Origin: Caldisphaera sp.
GTDB taxonomy: Archaea; Thermoproteota; Thermoprotei_A; Sulfolobales; Acidilobaceae
Assembly (NCBI GenBank): GCA_049971805.1
Contig: JBMFKU010000008.1
Coordinates: 1-54,616, forward strand
DNA: 54,616 nucleotides
Direction: 5' to 3'
Each line of letters begins with the position of its first letter. The first letter of the stretch is position 1. The notes below the pieces were generated by a model. The model made no database searches. It worked only from the letters and a program-made list of their open reading frames with translations, and was not told the origin of the DNA. Of the stretch, positions 21,638 through 32,364 are shown one piece after another. The translations under genes were made by a program, and so were the position numbers.

Positions 21638-22667
21638 AAGCTTTCACCAAAATTTTATTTAATTGCTCAATATTTCCATTGATAGAAACCATTTCTTTGA
21701 TTCTATTAAGAAAATTATCTAATAATTCTTTTGATAGCTCAAATCCATCTTCTAATGATTTTACCTTATTAATTAAATATAGACCTAAAGATGTGTTTAG
21801 TCTAATATATGTTTCAACGTCTTTATCTAACCCTAAAGAGGATCTTATTACTTTAATTGCGGATTCTTCAGGACTATTAACAATTAAGTTAGATATATTA
21901 ACCTTATTAACTTTAAAGTCATTTATTGAAATTTTGTATTTATCTATCTTATCCTTCTTAACCTCTACTATAAAGCTTTCCCCAACAGGAGAAACCTCAT
22001 CTAAACCAGGCTCTCCATTTATTAGAATGATCTTTTCATAGTTTAATCTACTTGCAGCATCTGCTAGAACATCCAAATATGAGATTGGATAAACACCGAC
22101 CAGTTGAACCTTAACGTTAGCTGGATTTGCAAATGGTCCAATGAAGTTGAAAATACTCCTAATGCCTAGTTTTTTTCTGATGATGGCCACATTTTTCATA
22201 CTCTTATGATATAATTGCGCAAATAGGAATACAAAATTATTTTTTTTAAGCAGATTTGCTGCATTATTTGGCTCTATATATATGTTGTAACCAAGAGATT
22301 CTAAAAAATCAGCGCTTCCGCTTTTACTCGAGGCAGCTCTATTACCATGCTTTGCAACCGGTATTAGATTACTTAATAATATAGAAACTGTTGTACTTAC
22401 ATTAATAGTGCTAAGCCCATCACCACCAGTTCCAACTATATCTATGGCATTTTCTATGCCTAAATTACTAGCATGTTTTCTAAGAGATTTTATAAATCCT
22501 ATTATTTCATCAGCGCTTTCACCTTTAACCTTTAATGCAGTTAGTATAGACCCAGCTATGGTCTCATCAAAGTTGTTTTCTAAAAGCATATCAGCTAAAT
22601 TTTCAGCCTCTTCTTCGCTTAAATTTTTTTTATCTGATAAAATCTTAAGATAATCAGACAGGTTCAT
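21621..22667 (-). CDS. trpD: Anthranilate phosphoribosyltransferase
   Basis: DIVGTGGDG, VAKHGNRAASSKSGSADFLE, GPFANP, GLDEVS. Confidence 0.95.
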   Translation of the reverse strand: MNLSDYLKILSDKKNLSEEEAENLADMLLENNFDETIAGSILTALKVKGESADEIIGFIKSLRKHASNLGIENAIDIVGTGGDGLSTINVSTTVSILLSNLIPVAKHGNRAASSKSGSADFLESLGYNIYIEPNNAANLLKKNNFVFLFAQLYHKSMKNVAIIRKKLGIRSIFNFIGPFANPANVKVQLVGVYPISYLDVLADAASRLNYEKIILINGEPGLDEVSPVGESFIVEVKKDKIDKYKISINDFKVNKVNISNLIVNSPEESAIKVIRSSLGLDKDVETYIRLNTSLGLYLINKVKSLEDGFELSKELLDNFLNRIKEMVSINGNIEQLNKILVKAYGNKN

Positions 22668-23397
22668 CTAAGATCCCCCTAATTTCTTTTATCAATTCAA
22701 AAGCCGAGTTTATTCCTTCTTTTTCTATCCTTTCTATAAAGGCAGATCCAATGGCAACACCATCAGCTCCGGAATTAATTACATTCCTTATATCATTGAA
22801 TGACAATCCGAAACCAACAACAAGCTTGTTGTTAACAATGCTTCTAACTCTTTTTACTAGTTTATCCGGTGAAATCGGTATCTCTATTCCAGTTGTTGGC
22901 CTTATACCATAATATAAGAACTCATCACTGATTTCGGCTAATTTTTCTATTAGCTTATCTGGTACAGACGGTGTTGTAAAAATTACATTTTTAAGCGAGT
23001 GCTTTTTTATTATATCGTTGTACTTTTCAAAATCATCTATATAGTCAATAGTCAAATCTGGAAATAATACTCTATTAATTCCAATATCTTTTAGTTGTGA
23101 TAAAAATTTTTCAAAATTATCCATATAGTCTTCTAAATAAGCAAGTGCTATCACTTTTAATGTAATTTTGTCTAAAATTCCTTTCATTATATTATAAACA
23201 TCGATCATCTCATTTATGACTTTTTCATAACTTCTTCTAATGATTGGTCCATCATATTTTGCATTCTTTGTTGGAATTCCTACCTCTAACATATCACATC
23301 CACATTTTTCAGCATTTTTAATGAATTCTAAGAAATATTCTTTATTTGGATAGCCAAGTGTCATATAACATACTAATAATTTTCTGCTTGATTTCAT
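22654..23397 (-). CDS. trpA: Tryptophan synthase alpha chain
   Basis: [35 protein letters not shown]; ATGA overlap with trpB stop. Confidence 0.93.
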   Translation of the reverse strand: MKSSRKLLVCYMTLGYPNKEYFLEFIKNAEKCGCDMLEVGIPTKNAKYDGPIIRRSYEKVINEMIDVYNIMKGILDKITLKVIALAYLEDYMDNFEKFLSQLKDIGINRVLFPDLTIDYIDDFEKYNDIIKKHSLKNVIFTTPSVPDKLIEKLAEISDEFLYYGIRPTTGIEIPISPDKLVKRVRSIVNNKLVVGFGLSFNDIRNVINSGADGVAIGSAFIERIEKEGINSAFELIKEIRGILDEPV

Positions 23398-24665
23398 AAA
23401 GACCACCTGGAAATCATCGATTCATAATTTGGTAGATCAAGAAGTCCATGTCCACTTAAATTAAAAACAATCGTTTTCTTTTCTTTAGTTTTTTTCAATT
23501 CCATTGCCTTATTTATAACAGCTTTAATAGCATGAGCTGATTCCGGTGCAGGTATAATTCCTTGAGATTTAATAAATAATTTTGCAGCATCAAATATTTC
23601 TTTCTCGCTGTATTCTTTCCATTTAATAATTCCCTCTTTTATCAATAGGCTTAAAGTTGGTGCTATTCCATGATATCTCAAGCCACCAGAATAAATGGGG
23701 GGAGGAACATAATTGTTTCCTAAGGTAATCATTTTTATCAAAGGTAATAAGCCGGCAGTATCTGCAAAATCATATCTATATTCACCTTTACTGAACTTAG
23801 GTACTTCTTCTGAACCAACTGCAATATATTCTTCTCCAATTTTATTACCTATAAATGGATAAGTAAACCCACCAAAATTGCTACCTCCACCAACACAACC
23901 AATTAATATGTCTGGATTTTCTCCAATTTCTTCTAGTTGAGCCTTTGTTTCTAAGCCGATTATGCTTTGATGTAATAGAGCAACATCTAATACGCTTCCA
24001 ACTAAATACTTATATTTATTTTTTAAAGCGTATTCTATTGCTTCGCTCATTGCTATGCCTAATGAGCCAGGATGATTTTCATTTTCTCTAATAAGTTTGT
24101 TGCCAATTTCAGTTATATTTGATGGACTTGGATAGACATCAGCACCATATAGTTTCATAATAGTTTTTCTCATTGGTTTTTGTTCATAGCTAACCTTTAC
24201 CATAAAGACTGTAGATTTCATATTGAATAGAGACGAAGAAAATGCAACAGCAGTTCCCCATTGCCCAGCCCCAGTTTCTGTTGTTACATGATTAATTCCT
24301 TCATTTAATGAGAAGTAGGATTGGGCTAGTGCTGTGTTAATTTTGTGAGATCCAGTTGGAGTTGCCCCTTCATATTTAAAATATATCCTTGCTGGAGTGT
24401 CAAGTAATTTTTCTAAACTCTTTGCTCTCATCAAAGGCGTTGGTCTTCCCAAAATAGCATATTTTTCTCTTAATTCATCAGGAATTTTAACATATCTTTC
24501 TATAGTAAATTCTTGTCTTAAAATCTCTTTTGGCATGATTTCTTTAAGTAATCCGATTCTAGAAAACTCGGAATTAGGGGGATCACGAGGAGGAGACAAG
24601 GGTTTTGGAAGATCAGGTATTATATTATACCAAAACCCTGGAATTAAATCTTCATTACTTACCAT
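23394..24665 (-). CDS. trpB: Tryptophan synthase beta chain, TrpB2 type
   Basis: [22 protein letters not shown] (PLP Lys), [37 protein letters not shown]; start taken at ATG 24665. Confidence 0.95.
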   Translation of the reverse strand: MVSNEDLIPGFWYNIIPDLPKPLSPPRDPPNSEFSRIGLLKEIMPKEILRQEFTIERYVKIPDELREKYAILGRPTPLMRAKSLEKLLDTPARIYFKYEGATPTGSHKINTALAQSYFSLNEGINHVTTETGAGQWGTAVAFSSSLFNMKSTVFMVKVSYEQKPMRKTIMKLYGADVYPSPSNITEIGNKLIRENENHPGSLGIAMSEAIEYALKNKYKYLVGSVLDVALLHQSIIGLETKAQLEEIGENPDILIGCVGGGSNFGGFTYPFIGNKIGEEYIAVGSEEVPKFSKGEYRYDFADTAGLLPLIKMITLGNNYVPPPIYSGGLRYHGIAPTLSLLIKEGIIKWKEYSEKEIFDAAKLFIKSQGIIPAPESAHAIKAVINKAMELKKTKEKKTIVFNLSGHGLLDLPNYESMISRWSL

Positions 24666-24673
24666 TGGCGCAC
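24659..24673 (-). other. Putative trp leader mini-ORF GTG-CGC-CAA-TGG-TAA (MRQW*) overlapping the trpB ATG
   Basis: SD AGGTGG at 24684-24679 is 5 nt from this GTG but 13 nt from the trpB ATG; last sense codon is Trp. Confidence 0.5.
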
Positions 24674-24709
24674 AACAACCACCTTTCAAGTAAATTATAA
24701 TATAAGGGA

Positions 24710-24769
24710 ATTATAAACTTTACTAAATAATATTAAAAATAAAAGATTTATTAAAGGAAAGTTTAAATA
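24710..24769. promoter_or_regulatory. Divergent archaeal promoters for trp (minus) and aro (plus) operons
   Basis: AAAG-TTTATAAT on minus (24717-24710) and GGAAAG-TTTAAATA on plus (24762-24769), each about 30 nt before an SD. Confidence 0.65.
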
Positions 24770-24802
24770 GTAGGATTGTAATATAAACTTAGAGGTGTGG
24801 AT

Positions 24803-24850
24803 GTGATGGAGTTCCAATGGGGCGAGGGTATGATGCCCAGCCAATATTAA
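24803..24850 (+). other. Putative aro leader peptide MMEFQWGEGMMPSQY*
   Basis: SD GAGGTG at 24792-24797, GTG 5 nt later; contains Phe, Trp and Tyr; the transketolase ORF is its -1 frame. Confidence 0.55.
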
Positions 24851-25605
24851 GTGAGTTTAGCTCGTTGTCTTCTGTCCAGTTTGATTTTGAGAAAATATTT
24901 GAAAAAATGGTTGAAACAAATTCTCGTGTGACAAATACATTAAATGGGCTGATGAAAGATATTAATAATTTTCACAAAGATTCGTCGTTCTCATCATTAA
25001 ATATACTAATAGCTTTGTATGAATATTGGATACCCAAAGGGAATATACAGAGAATCAATAGATCTGTAATACTCAGTAAAGGTCATGCAGCACCTGCATT
25101 ATATGCTTTGCTAGCAGAAAAGGGTTTAATAAGTAAAGAAGAACTTAATTATTTTGCTTATCCAAATTCAAGGCTTCAATCTCATCCAGAAGGAAATAAA
25201 GTACCAGGCATTCTGTTTTCCACTGGTTCATTAGGTCAAGGCCTATCAGTAGCCAATGGATTGGCTTATGCATCTAAATTAAACCAGGAAAAAAGAGAGT
25301 TTGCCGTTATACTTGGGGATGGAGAGCTTGATGAAGGCCAAATATGGGAATCTATTGCAACATCGTACAACCTTAAGATTGACAATGTTATTGCAATTAT
25401 AGATAGAAATGGATTTCAGCTCTCTGGTCACACAGAAGAGATAAAAATTAAAGAACCAATTAAGAAAAAATTTGAATCTTTTGGATGGTACACAATAGAA
25501 ATTAATAATAATTTGAATGAGCTTATCTTGTCTCTAGAATTAATGTCTGAAATAAAGGGTTTACCAAAAGCAATAATTGTTAAATCAATGCAATCTTTTA
25601 GGTGA
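24817..25605 (+). CDS. Transketolase, N-terminal subunit (start uncertain: 24817 or TTG 24865)
   Basis: ILSKGHAAPALY, LQSHP, STGSLGQGLS, GDGELDEGQIWE TPP motif, IDRN. Confidence 0.9.
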   Translation: MGRGYDAQPILSEFSSLSSVQFDFEKIFEKMVETNSRVTNTLNGLMKDINNFHKDSSFSSLNILIALYEYWIPKGNIQRINRSVILSKGHAAPALYALLAEKGLISKEELNYFAYPNSRLQSHPEGNKVPGILFSTGSLGQGLSVANGLAYASKLNQEKREFAVILGDGELDEGQIWESIATSYNLKIDNVIAIIDRNGFQLSGHTEEIKIKEPIKKKFESFGWYTIEINNNLNELILSLELMSEIKGLPKAIIVKSMQSFR

Positions 25606-26552
25606 ATTCTATGATTTTAGACAGCAGTTACAGAGAGTCCCTTGGAAAAAGTCTAGTTGAAATAGGGGAATCTAATAACGATGTAGTTGTAGTTGATTCC
25701 GATGTTTCAAAATCAACATACACAAAATACTTTGCAGAAAGATTTCCTGATAGATTTATATCGGTTGGAATAAGTGAACAAGATTTAGTTGGATTTGCAT
25801 CAGGGCTTGCTCTAGGAAATAAAATACCAATTGCAGTTACATTTTCCATGTTTCTAATGAGAGCATGGGAACAAATTAGAAATACTATAGCTAGAGATAA
25901 ATTAAATGTGAAATTAGTTGGAACTCATTCAGGGCTATCAGACTTTTTAGATGGATCTTCACATCAATCATTAGAGGATATTGCTTTAATGAGAATATTA
26001 CCAAATTTTATTGTATTAGCACCTTCAGATAGCATTTCAACTAAAAAGCTGCTCTATGAATCCATACTTAATCACATAGGGCCAGTTTATATTAGATTAG
26101 GTAGAGATAATTCTCCAAGAATTTATGATGATAATGAAGAATTTAAAATAGGCAGATCTAAGGTAATTTGTGAAGGTAAAGATATTGCATTCTTTTCATA
26201 CGGTCCAATGGTTGAAATAGCAAAAATTTTATCAAGTAACTTAAAAAATAAAGGGATTAGCTCAACAGTGATAGATTTTTATTCAATAAAGCCATTCGAT
26301 GAAGATACCGTTTTAAAGTTTTCAAAAAGATCAAATTACATTGTAACATTAGAGGAACATAACGTTATTGGAGGTATAGGAGATTTAATATCTTCTTTTT
26401 TGTCTTTTAAAAATCCTAAAAAAGTAATTAAGTTTGGGATAGAAGATAAGTTTGGGACCTCAGCGAGGAGTTATTTTGAATTATTAGAATTTTTTAAACT
26501 ATTACCTCATAATATCGAGAAAAAGTTAGAGGTGATTATTAATGAACTATAA
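25602..26552 (+). CDS. Transketolase, C-terminal subunit
   Basis: FPDRFISVGISEQ, RAWEQIRN, DGSSHQSLED, GPVYIRLGR, LEEHNVIGG. Confidence 0.92.
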   Translation: MNSMILDSSYRESLGKSLVEIGESNNDVVVVDSDVSKSTYTKYFAERFPDRFISVGISEQDLVGFASGLALGNKIPIAVTFSMFLMRAWEQIRNTIARDKLNVKLVGTHSGLSDFLDGSSHQSLEDIALMRILPNFIVLAPSDSISTKKLLYESILNHIGPVYIRLGRDNSPRIYDDNEEFKIGRSKVICEGKDIAFFSYGPMVEIAKILSSNLKNKGISSTVIDFYSIKPFDEDTVLKFSKRSNYIVTLEEHNVIGGIGDLISSFLSFKNPKKVIKFGIEDKFGTSARSYFELLEFFKLLPHNIEKKLEVIINEL

Positions 26553-27342
26553 GCTTGTGAGTAAGGATTACAAGGATAAAACCTATGTTAAAATAGGAAA
26601 TGTTTTGGTTGGAAATGGTTCACCAGTTATAATAGCAGGTCCATGTGCAGTTGAAAATAGAGACCAAATAATGATAACTGCTAAGTTTGTTAAGGAAAAT
26701 AGCGCAAGCATATTAAGAGGAGGGGCCTTCAAGCCAAGATCTTCTCCATACAGCTTTCAAGGTCTCGGTGAAGAGGGGTTAAAGTTATTGAGAGAGGCAA
26801 GCGATACATATAAAATTCCTTTTGTTACAGAGGTTCTAGATGTTAGGAACATAAAATTGGTATCAGAATATGCAGATGCGTTACAAGTAGGAGCTAGAAA
26901 CATGCAAAACTTTGCCTTAATTAAGGAGCTGAGCAAAGTTGATAAGCCAATATTATTAAAAAGAGGATTTGGCAATACTATTGACGAGTTACTGCAATCA
27001 GCCGAATATATATTGTATGGTGGCAATGAACAGGTTATTTTAGTTGAAAGAGGTATAAGAACTTTTGAAATATCAACAAGATTTACTTTAGATATTTCTG
27101 CAGTTCCAGTATTAAAGAATTTAACTCATTTGCCTGTAATTGTTGATCCTAGTCATGCAGCTGGGAAAAGAGCACTCGTTCCACCTATGGCCAAGGCTGC
27201 ATTGGCAGCTGGCTCTGATGGAATAATGGTAGAGGTTCATCCAGATCCGGATAAAGCATTATCCGATGGCCCTCAACAACTGACTTTTGATATGTTCAAA
27301 CAACTGATTGATGATTTAAAAAATCTTAATCTTTTAAGGTGA
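26542..27342 (+). CDS. aroF: DAHP synthase, class I-beta
   Basis: IAGPCAVE, RGGAFKPRSSPYSFQG, QVGARNMQN, ERGIRTFE, DPSH, EVHP. Confidence 0.93.
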   Translation: MNYKLVSKDYKDKTYVKIGNVLVGNGSPVIIAGPCAVENRDQIMITAKFVKENSASILRGGAFKPRSSPYSFQGLGEEGLKLLREASDTYKIPFVTEVLDVRNIKLVSEYADALQVGARNMQNFALIKELSKVDKPILLKRGFGNTIDELLQSAEYILYGGNEQVILVERGIRTFEISTRFTLDISAVPVLKNLTHLPVIVDPSHAAGKRALVPPMAKAALAAGSDGIMVEVHPDPDKALSDGPQQLTFDMFKQLIDDLKNLNLLR

Positions 27343-27346
27343 AAAG

Positions 27347-28384
27347 ATGAAATTTTCGTTATGTAATAAAGACACTGAAGTAATAATAGGGAAAAACATA
27401 ATAAGCAATAATATACCTTTACACAGAAAATATTTTCTAGTTTATTCTGAAGGATTAGAAAAATTAATAAGCAATACCATATTGAGTAAATTTAAATCAT
27501 ATAAAGTACCAAACGGAGAAGCATCAAAGGAAATGAATTATGCAATAGCTATATTAAAAGAAATTTTAGATTACGATTTTACAAGAAATGATGGTATAAT
27601 AGCGTTAGGTGGTGGAACAGTTTCAGATTTAGCTGGATTCGTTTCATCAATTTATATGAGAGGTACCTATTTAATAAACATACCCACAACATTACTAGCT
27701 ATGGTAGATGCCTCAATTGGAGGAAAAAATGGACTTAACTTTTATGGATATAAAAATATTATTGGCTCTTTTTATCAACCAAATTTAATATTAGAAGATA
27801 TAGATTTTTTAAAGACTCTTCCAAAAGAGGAAATTATGAATGGTTTGGGAGAAATCATTAAATATGCCATGATGCTCGACAAGGAATTTTATTACTATTT
27901 GCTAAATGAAAAAGATAATATAATAAATTATGGAGAAAATCAATTATCTTATATAATAAGCAGATCGGTTTATCATAAAATGAGTATAGTTAAAGAAGAT
28001 GAAATAGAAACAAAAGGATTAAGAACAATATTAAATTTTGGTCACACAATAGGTCATGCAATAGAATCTGCAAGTTTATTTAAAGTCAAACATGGATATG
28101 CAATCTCATATGGCATGCTATGTGAGACGAAAATTGGTGTAGATAACAATTTAATAAGTGAAGATGTACTTTCATATCTTGAGGATATATTAAGGAGTTT
28201 TGATTATAATTTTAATAGTATAGAGATTGATAAAGAAATAGCAATTAAAGCAATAAAGCATGATAAGAAAAAACAAGGCAATAAAATAATGCTTCCATTG
28301 CCTGCGAAAGTAGGATCATGGAAGATATTTCATGTTGATCTAGATTTATTGGAAAAGGGATTAAATTTATGTCTGAAGAATTAA
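27347..28384 (+). CDS. aroB: 3-dehydroquinate synthase
   Basis: ALGGG, PTTLLAMVDASIGGKNG, LNFGHTIGHAIE, HGYAI, DKK. Confidence 0.95.
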   Translation: MKFSLCNKDTEVIIGKNIISNNIPLHRKYFLVYSEGLEKLISNTILSKFKSYKVPNGEASKEMNYAIAILKEILDYDFTRNDGIIALGGGTVSDLAGFVSSIYMRGTYLINIPTTLLAMVDASIGGKNGLNFYGYKNIIGSFYQPNLILEDIDFLKTLPKEEIMNGLGEIIKYAMMLDKEFYYYLLNEKDNIINYGENQLSYIISRSVYHKMSIVKEDEIETKGLRTILNFGHTIGHAIESASLFKVKHGYAISYGMLCETKIGVDNNLISEDVLSYLEDILRSFDYNFNSIEIDKEIAIKAIKHDKKKQGNKIMLPLPAKVGSWKIFHVDLDLLEKGLNLCLKN

Positions 28385-29121
28385 GGCTTGGGCTTATTGG
28401 AGAAAATATTTTTTCAAGTCCTAGCCCTCAAATACACAATTATATATATGAAAAATATGATATCAAAGCCAAGTACAATCTTTATCAGATTAAAGCATCT
28501 GAATTCGAATATCTAATAAAAAATTTATTAAAAGAAAATTATGGTCTAAATGTTACAATGCCTTATAAAGAGATTATAATAAAATATCTAAAGGCCCTCT
28601 CTCCTGAAGCTGAAAAAACTAAGGCAGTAAACACAATAAAAGATTATATTGGATTTAATACTGATTATATAGCTTTTAAAAAATTAGTTAAAAATAAAAT
28701 TAAGGGAAAAATTAGAAGTTCTTTGATCCTAGGTGCAGGAGGGGCTGCGAGGGCTTCTGCTTTTGCTTTAGGTGATTTGGGATCAAAAATACTTATTTTT
28801 AATAGAACAAAAGAAAGGGCGGAAAAACTAGCCAATGATTTGCTGAGAGACGACATTGAATCATATGTCATTGATAACTTGAAGGTAAAAGACGACATTG
28901 ATGTTATAGTCAACACAATACCAGTAGACTTTAATTTTAATTTGAATCCATTAAAAGGATATATAGATTTTGTTTATTCTAGGTTTCCTTCTATTAATAC
29001 CGCTACTATAATAGATGGAAAGGAAATTTTGTTGTATCAAGCTATAGAAGCAGAAAAAATATGGTTTAATTTGCAGTTTGATGAGGTGATATTAGATAAT
29101 GTCAGGAAACTCATTTGGTAA
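28369..29121 (+). CDS. aroE: Shikimate dehydrogenase
   Basis: [35 protein letters not shown]. Confidence 0.93.
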   Translation: MSEELRLGLIGENIFSSPSPQIHNYIYEKYDIKAKYNLYQIKASEFEYLIKNLLKENYGLNVTMPYKEIIIKYLKALSPEAEKTKAVNTIKDYIGFNTDYIAFKKLVKNKIKGKIRSSLILGAGGAARASAFALGDLGSKILIFNRTKERAEKLANDLLRDDIESYVIDNLKVKDDIDVIVNTIPVDFNFNLNPLKGYIDFVYSRFPSINTATIIDGKEILLYQAIEAEKIWFNLQFDEVILDNVRKLIW

Positions 29122-30247
29122 AATGTTTAAAATTACTACCTTTGGGGAAAGTCATGGAAAAGCTATGGGAGTTGTAATAGATGGAGTTCCAGCAGGATTA
29201 CCTATAAATGAAGATGACATATATTTCGAATTATCTTTCAGAAAGCCAGGAAATTTTTATGTTTCGACAAGAAAAGAGGAAGACAAACCAATAATTTTAA
29301 GCGGTGTTTTTAATGGAAAAACTACAGGAGCTCCCTTGGGAATAATTATAGAAAATATTGATCCAATGCCAATACATTACGAAGAGATAAGATATAAACC
29401 GAGGCCAGGACACGCTGATTTACCTTATATAGAAAAATACGGTTATGAGAATTGGGATTATAGAGGAGGAGGAAGGAGCAGCGCAAGAGAAACTATATCA
29501 AGAGTTGCAGCAGGTTCTATTGCAAAGAAGCTTTTGTTATTAACAAACACTATAATAGCTGGCTATATTAAAGGAATTGGAAACCTGTATATAGATTATA
29601 TACCTGAATTTAAAGAGGTTTTATGTTCTAGGAATAGTAAGGTTAGAACAATTAAAAGTTTTGAGAAAGATGTAGAAAACCTGATAGAAAATATTAGGAA
29701 AGAAGGGGATAGCATAGGAGGACTTGTTGAAATAATAGTTAAGAATCCACCAAAATCGTTAGGTGAACCTGTATTCGATAAAATAAAGGCAAATTTAGCA
29801 AAGGCAGTTCTATCAATTCCAGGTGTTTTAGGTTTTGAGTACGGTCTGGGCTTTAATGCCTTCAAAATGAAAGGAAGCGAAGTAGCTGATGAAATATACC
29901 ATGATAAAGATTTCAAATTCAAAAGAAATATAGCAGGAGGCATTTTAGGAGGGATAACAACAGGAGAAGACTTAATTTTAAGAACAGTTTTTAAACCTAC
30001 TAGTTCGACTAGAAAAATCCAAAAAACGATTGATTTGAGAACGATGAAAGAAGCAGAACTTTTCATAAAAGGAAGACATGATCCTTGTATAGCTATAAGA
30101 GGAGTATCAGTATTAGAATCTATGGTTTCTCTTGTTTTAGTAGATCACATGCTAATTAATGGAATTATACCTAAGAATAGACTTGAAAAGAATCAAACGG
30201 AAGTAATTGAGGACAGGTGGGAAAAATTAAAGAAGGAATGCACTTAG
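29099..30247 (+). CDS. aroC: Chorismate synthase
   Basis: [45 protein letters not shown]. Confidence 0.96.
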   Translation: MSGNSFGKMFKITTFGESHGKAMGVVIDGVPAGLPINEDDIYFELSFRKPGNFYVSTRKEEDKPIILSGVFNGKTTGAPLGIIIENIDPMPIHYEEIRYKPRPGHADLPYIEKYGYENWDYRGGGRSSARETISRVAAGSIAKKLLLLTNTIIAGYIKGIGNLYIDYIPEFKEVLCSRNSKVRTIKSFEKDVENLIENIRKEGDSIGGLVEIIVKNPPKSLGEPVFDKIKANLAKAVLSIPGVLGFEYGLGFNAFKMKGSEVADEIYHDKDFKFKRNIAGGILGGITTGEDLILRTVFKPTSSTRKIQKTIDLRTMKEAELFIKGRHDPCIAIRGVSVLESMVSLVLVDHMLINGIIPKNRLEKNQTEVIEDRWEKLKKECT

Positions 30248-30996
30248 CCTATGGAGGAATTTCTATAGTAAATGCTGTTCCTTGCGGTAATGGAGCAGTA
30301 ATGCCAATAGATTTAAAGGTTTATGCGAGAGAAGGAAAAAGCAGCAAGGATTCATCCTTAACAATAGCAATTAAAGATTACATAAGAAAAAAATATAATA
30401 TACTAACAGATTTTTATATAGAATCAGAAATTCCTGAAGGAATGGGATTAAAGAGCAGTAGTGCAGTATCTGTAGCAGCAATTTCCTCTATAGCAAATAA
30501 AATTGGAAATCCTTACCCTCCATATTTATCTGCGAAAATATCAAAAGAATATGGATTGTCGATTACTGGGGCTTTTGATGATGCAGTCGCAAGCTATACT
30601 GGTATGATAAGCTTTACTAACAACTATTCATTTAATATAGTAAAATTGGAAAAAAATGCAGAAGAACTAAAGGCAATAATTCTAATTAAAGAAAGTCGGC
30701 ATCCCATAAACTTAGACTTGATGAGAAAAAGATGTAATAAATTTAATTCAGCTTATAAGATGGCTTTAGAAGGTAGAATATATGACGCCATGATACTAAA
30801 TGGTAAATTGATGGCAGAAATTAATGGTTATAGTCTAGAAATTATAGATAATGCATTAAAAAAAGGAGCATTATCGGCAGGTATATCAGGCAACGGTCCT
30901 TCTTATTTTGCTTTAACAAAAAATGGAGAAGAAGGTTCAATAATTGATTTATTTTCTACATATGGAAAATTAATAGTCGTGGATGTATTGCATTAG
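30217..30996 (+). CDS. aroK: Archaeal (GHMP-type) shikimate kinase (start may be ATG 30238)
   Basis: [39 protein letters not shown]. Confidence 0.9.
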   Translation: MGKIKEGMHLAYGGISIVNAVPCGNGAVMPIDLKVYAREGKSSKDSSLTIAIKDYIRKKYNILTDFYIESEIPEGMGLKSSSAVSVAAISSIANKIGNPYPPYLSAKISKEYGLSITGAFDDAVASYTGMISFTNNYSFNIVKLEKNAEELKAIILIKESRHPINLDLMRKRCNKFNSAYKMALEGRIYDAMILNGKLMAEINGYSLEIIDNALKKGALSAGISGNGPSYFALTKNGEEGSIIDLFSTYGKLIVVDVLH

Positions 30997-31134
30997 AATT
31001 ATATAGAAATTTAAAGACTTAAAAATTTTAATGGGTTTGATATATAAATATTTATTAATAAAATGGTTTTATTAAAGCTAACACTTAAGAGTCTTTTTAT
31101 ACTTAAATTTTTATAAGGATTGGAGGGCAGTTGA

Positions 31135-32364
31135 ATGCAGGCAATTATATATCCATCAATAATTTCAGGAGAGATTGATTCTCCAAAGTCAAAGTCTATA
31201 GCAATAAGAATCCTTTTCTCATCTTTATTAAAAGATATAACATTAAAAGAGAACGTACCAACTTCGCTAGATGTAATATATACCTATGATTCGATTATAA
31301 AATTGGGAGTAAGAGTTGATGATAAAAGATTGATTAAACCAAATAGGATTAATTTATTAAATAACAAATTTTATGCTGGTGGATCAGCAACATTAGCAAG
31401 AATTTTATCTTCAATAGCTTTGACTATTGGAGGAGATATAATAATAGATGGGAATGAAACTCTAAGAAATAGACCGTTTGATGGATTGGAAAAGATTTCA
31501 AATTCTACAGGAGTTAAAATTTCAGGTACAAAGTTGCCAATAAGAATCTATGGAAAACCCAAATCAAATGAAATTTTTTTATCTGAAATAGAAAGTTCTC
31601 AGTATGTGACTGGTTTAATTTATGGCTTACTTGCTAAGGGGGGAGGAGAAATTATTATGGATAAAAATCCTCCTTCTCTTTATTATATATTGTTGACTAT
31701 AGACACATTGAATAATATAGGATGTAATGTTTCATATAATGATAATATAATTAATGTAGGAAAATGCAATGAAAAAGAAATAAGCTTAAGCTTTCCAGGA
31801 GATTATTTATTATCATCATTTTATGGAATTTCATCAATATTAACTGGAGGAGAAATTAAAATTAAGGGGCTTTATAGTCCTCCTAATTATTTTGGGGATC
31901 ATTCGATAGTAAATATTTTATCCGAGATTGGGTTTAAATCAATTGTTTCAGGTACAACATGGATTGTAAGTAACAGCAATCCTATAAAAAATTTATATGT
32001 AGATATTGAAGAAACTCCAGATATAGCTATGTCCTTGGCGCCTCTTGGAATGATTATTAATTTGAATATTAATAATATAAAAATACTAAAAATAAAAGAA
32101 AGCAATAGAATAGAGTCAATTAAAAATATTATAGAAGGCTTTGGAGGCAGAGTAAGAATTAATGACAACTCTATCGAATTATATCCAAATGTAATTAGAT
32201 ATGCTGAAACTGATTGCTTTAATGATCACAGAGTTGCTATGATGGCATCAACAATTGCATTTATTAAGGGGGGTAAAATAAGGAATGCTGAGTGCGTAAA
32301 TAAAAGTGATCCTGATTATTGGCACAGATACTACAATGTAGGAGGTAGGCTTAAAGTTGAATAG
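31135..32364 (+). CDS. aroA: EPSP synthase
   Basis: PKSKSIAIR, GSATLAR, LRNRP, SSQYVTG, KESNRI, NDHRVAM, VNKSDP. Confidence 0.92.
   Translation: MQAIIYPSIISGEIDSPKSKSIAIRILFSSLLKDITLKENVPTSLDVIYTYDSIIKLGVRVDDKRLIKPNRINLLNNKFYAGGSATLARILSSIALTIGGDIIIDGNETLRNRPFDGLEKISNSTGVKISGTKLPIRIYGKPKSNEIFLSEIESSQYVTGLIYGLLAKGGGEIIMDKNPPSLYYILLTIDTLNNIGCNVSYNDNIINVGKCNEKEISLSFPGDYLLSSFYGISSILTGGEIKIKGLYSPPNYFGDHSIVNILSEIGFKSIVSGTTWIVSNSNPIKNLYVDIEETPDIAMSLAPLGMIINLNINNIKILKIKESNRIESIKNIIEGFGGRVRINDNSIELYPNVIRYAETDCFNDHRVAMMASTIAFIKGGKIRNAECVNKSDPDYWHRYYNVGGRLKVE

Noticed and set aside
24666-24689. ORF-track TrpB extension MKGGCCAP
   Set aside because: Overlies the SD and predicted transcription start; not TrpB-like.
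24719-24755. Two TTTA-N-TAAA palindromes 28 bp apart between the trp and aro promoters
   Set aside because: Could be regulator sites, but such words are expected by chance in very AT-rich DNA.
24801-24806. ATG-TGA start-stop in the aro leader
   Set aside because: Only 3 nt from the SD; the GTG/ATG at 24803/24806 fit better.
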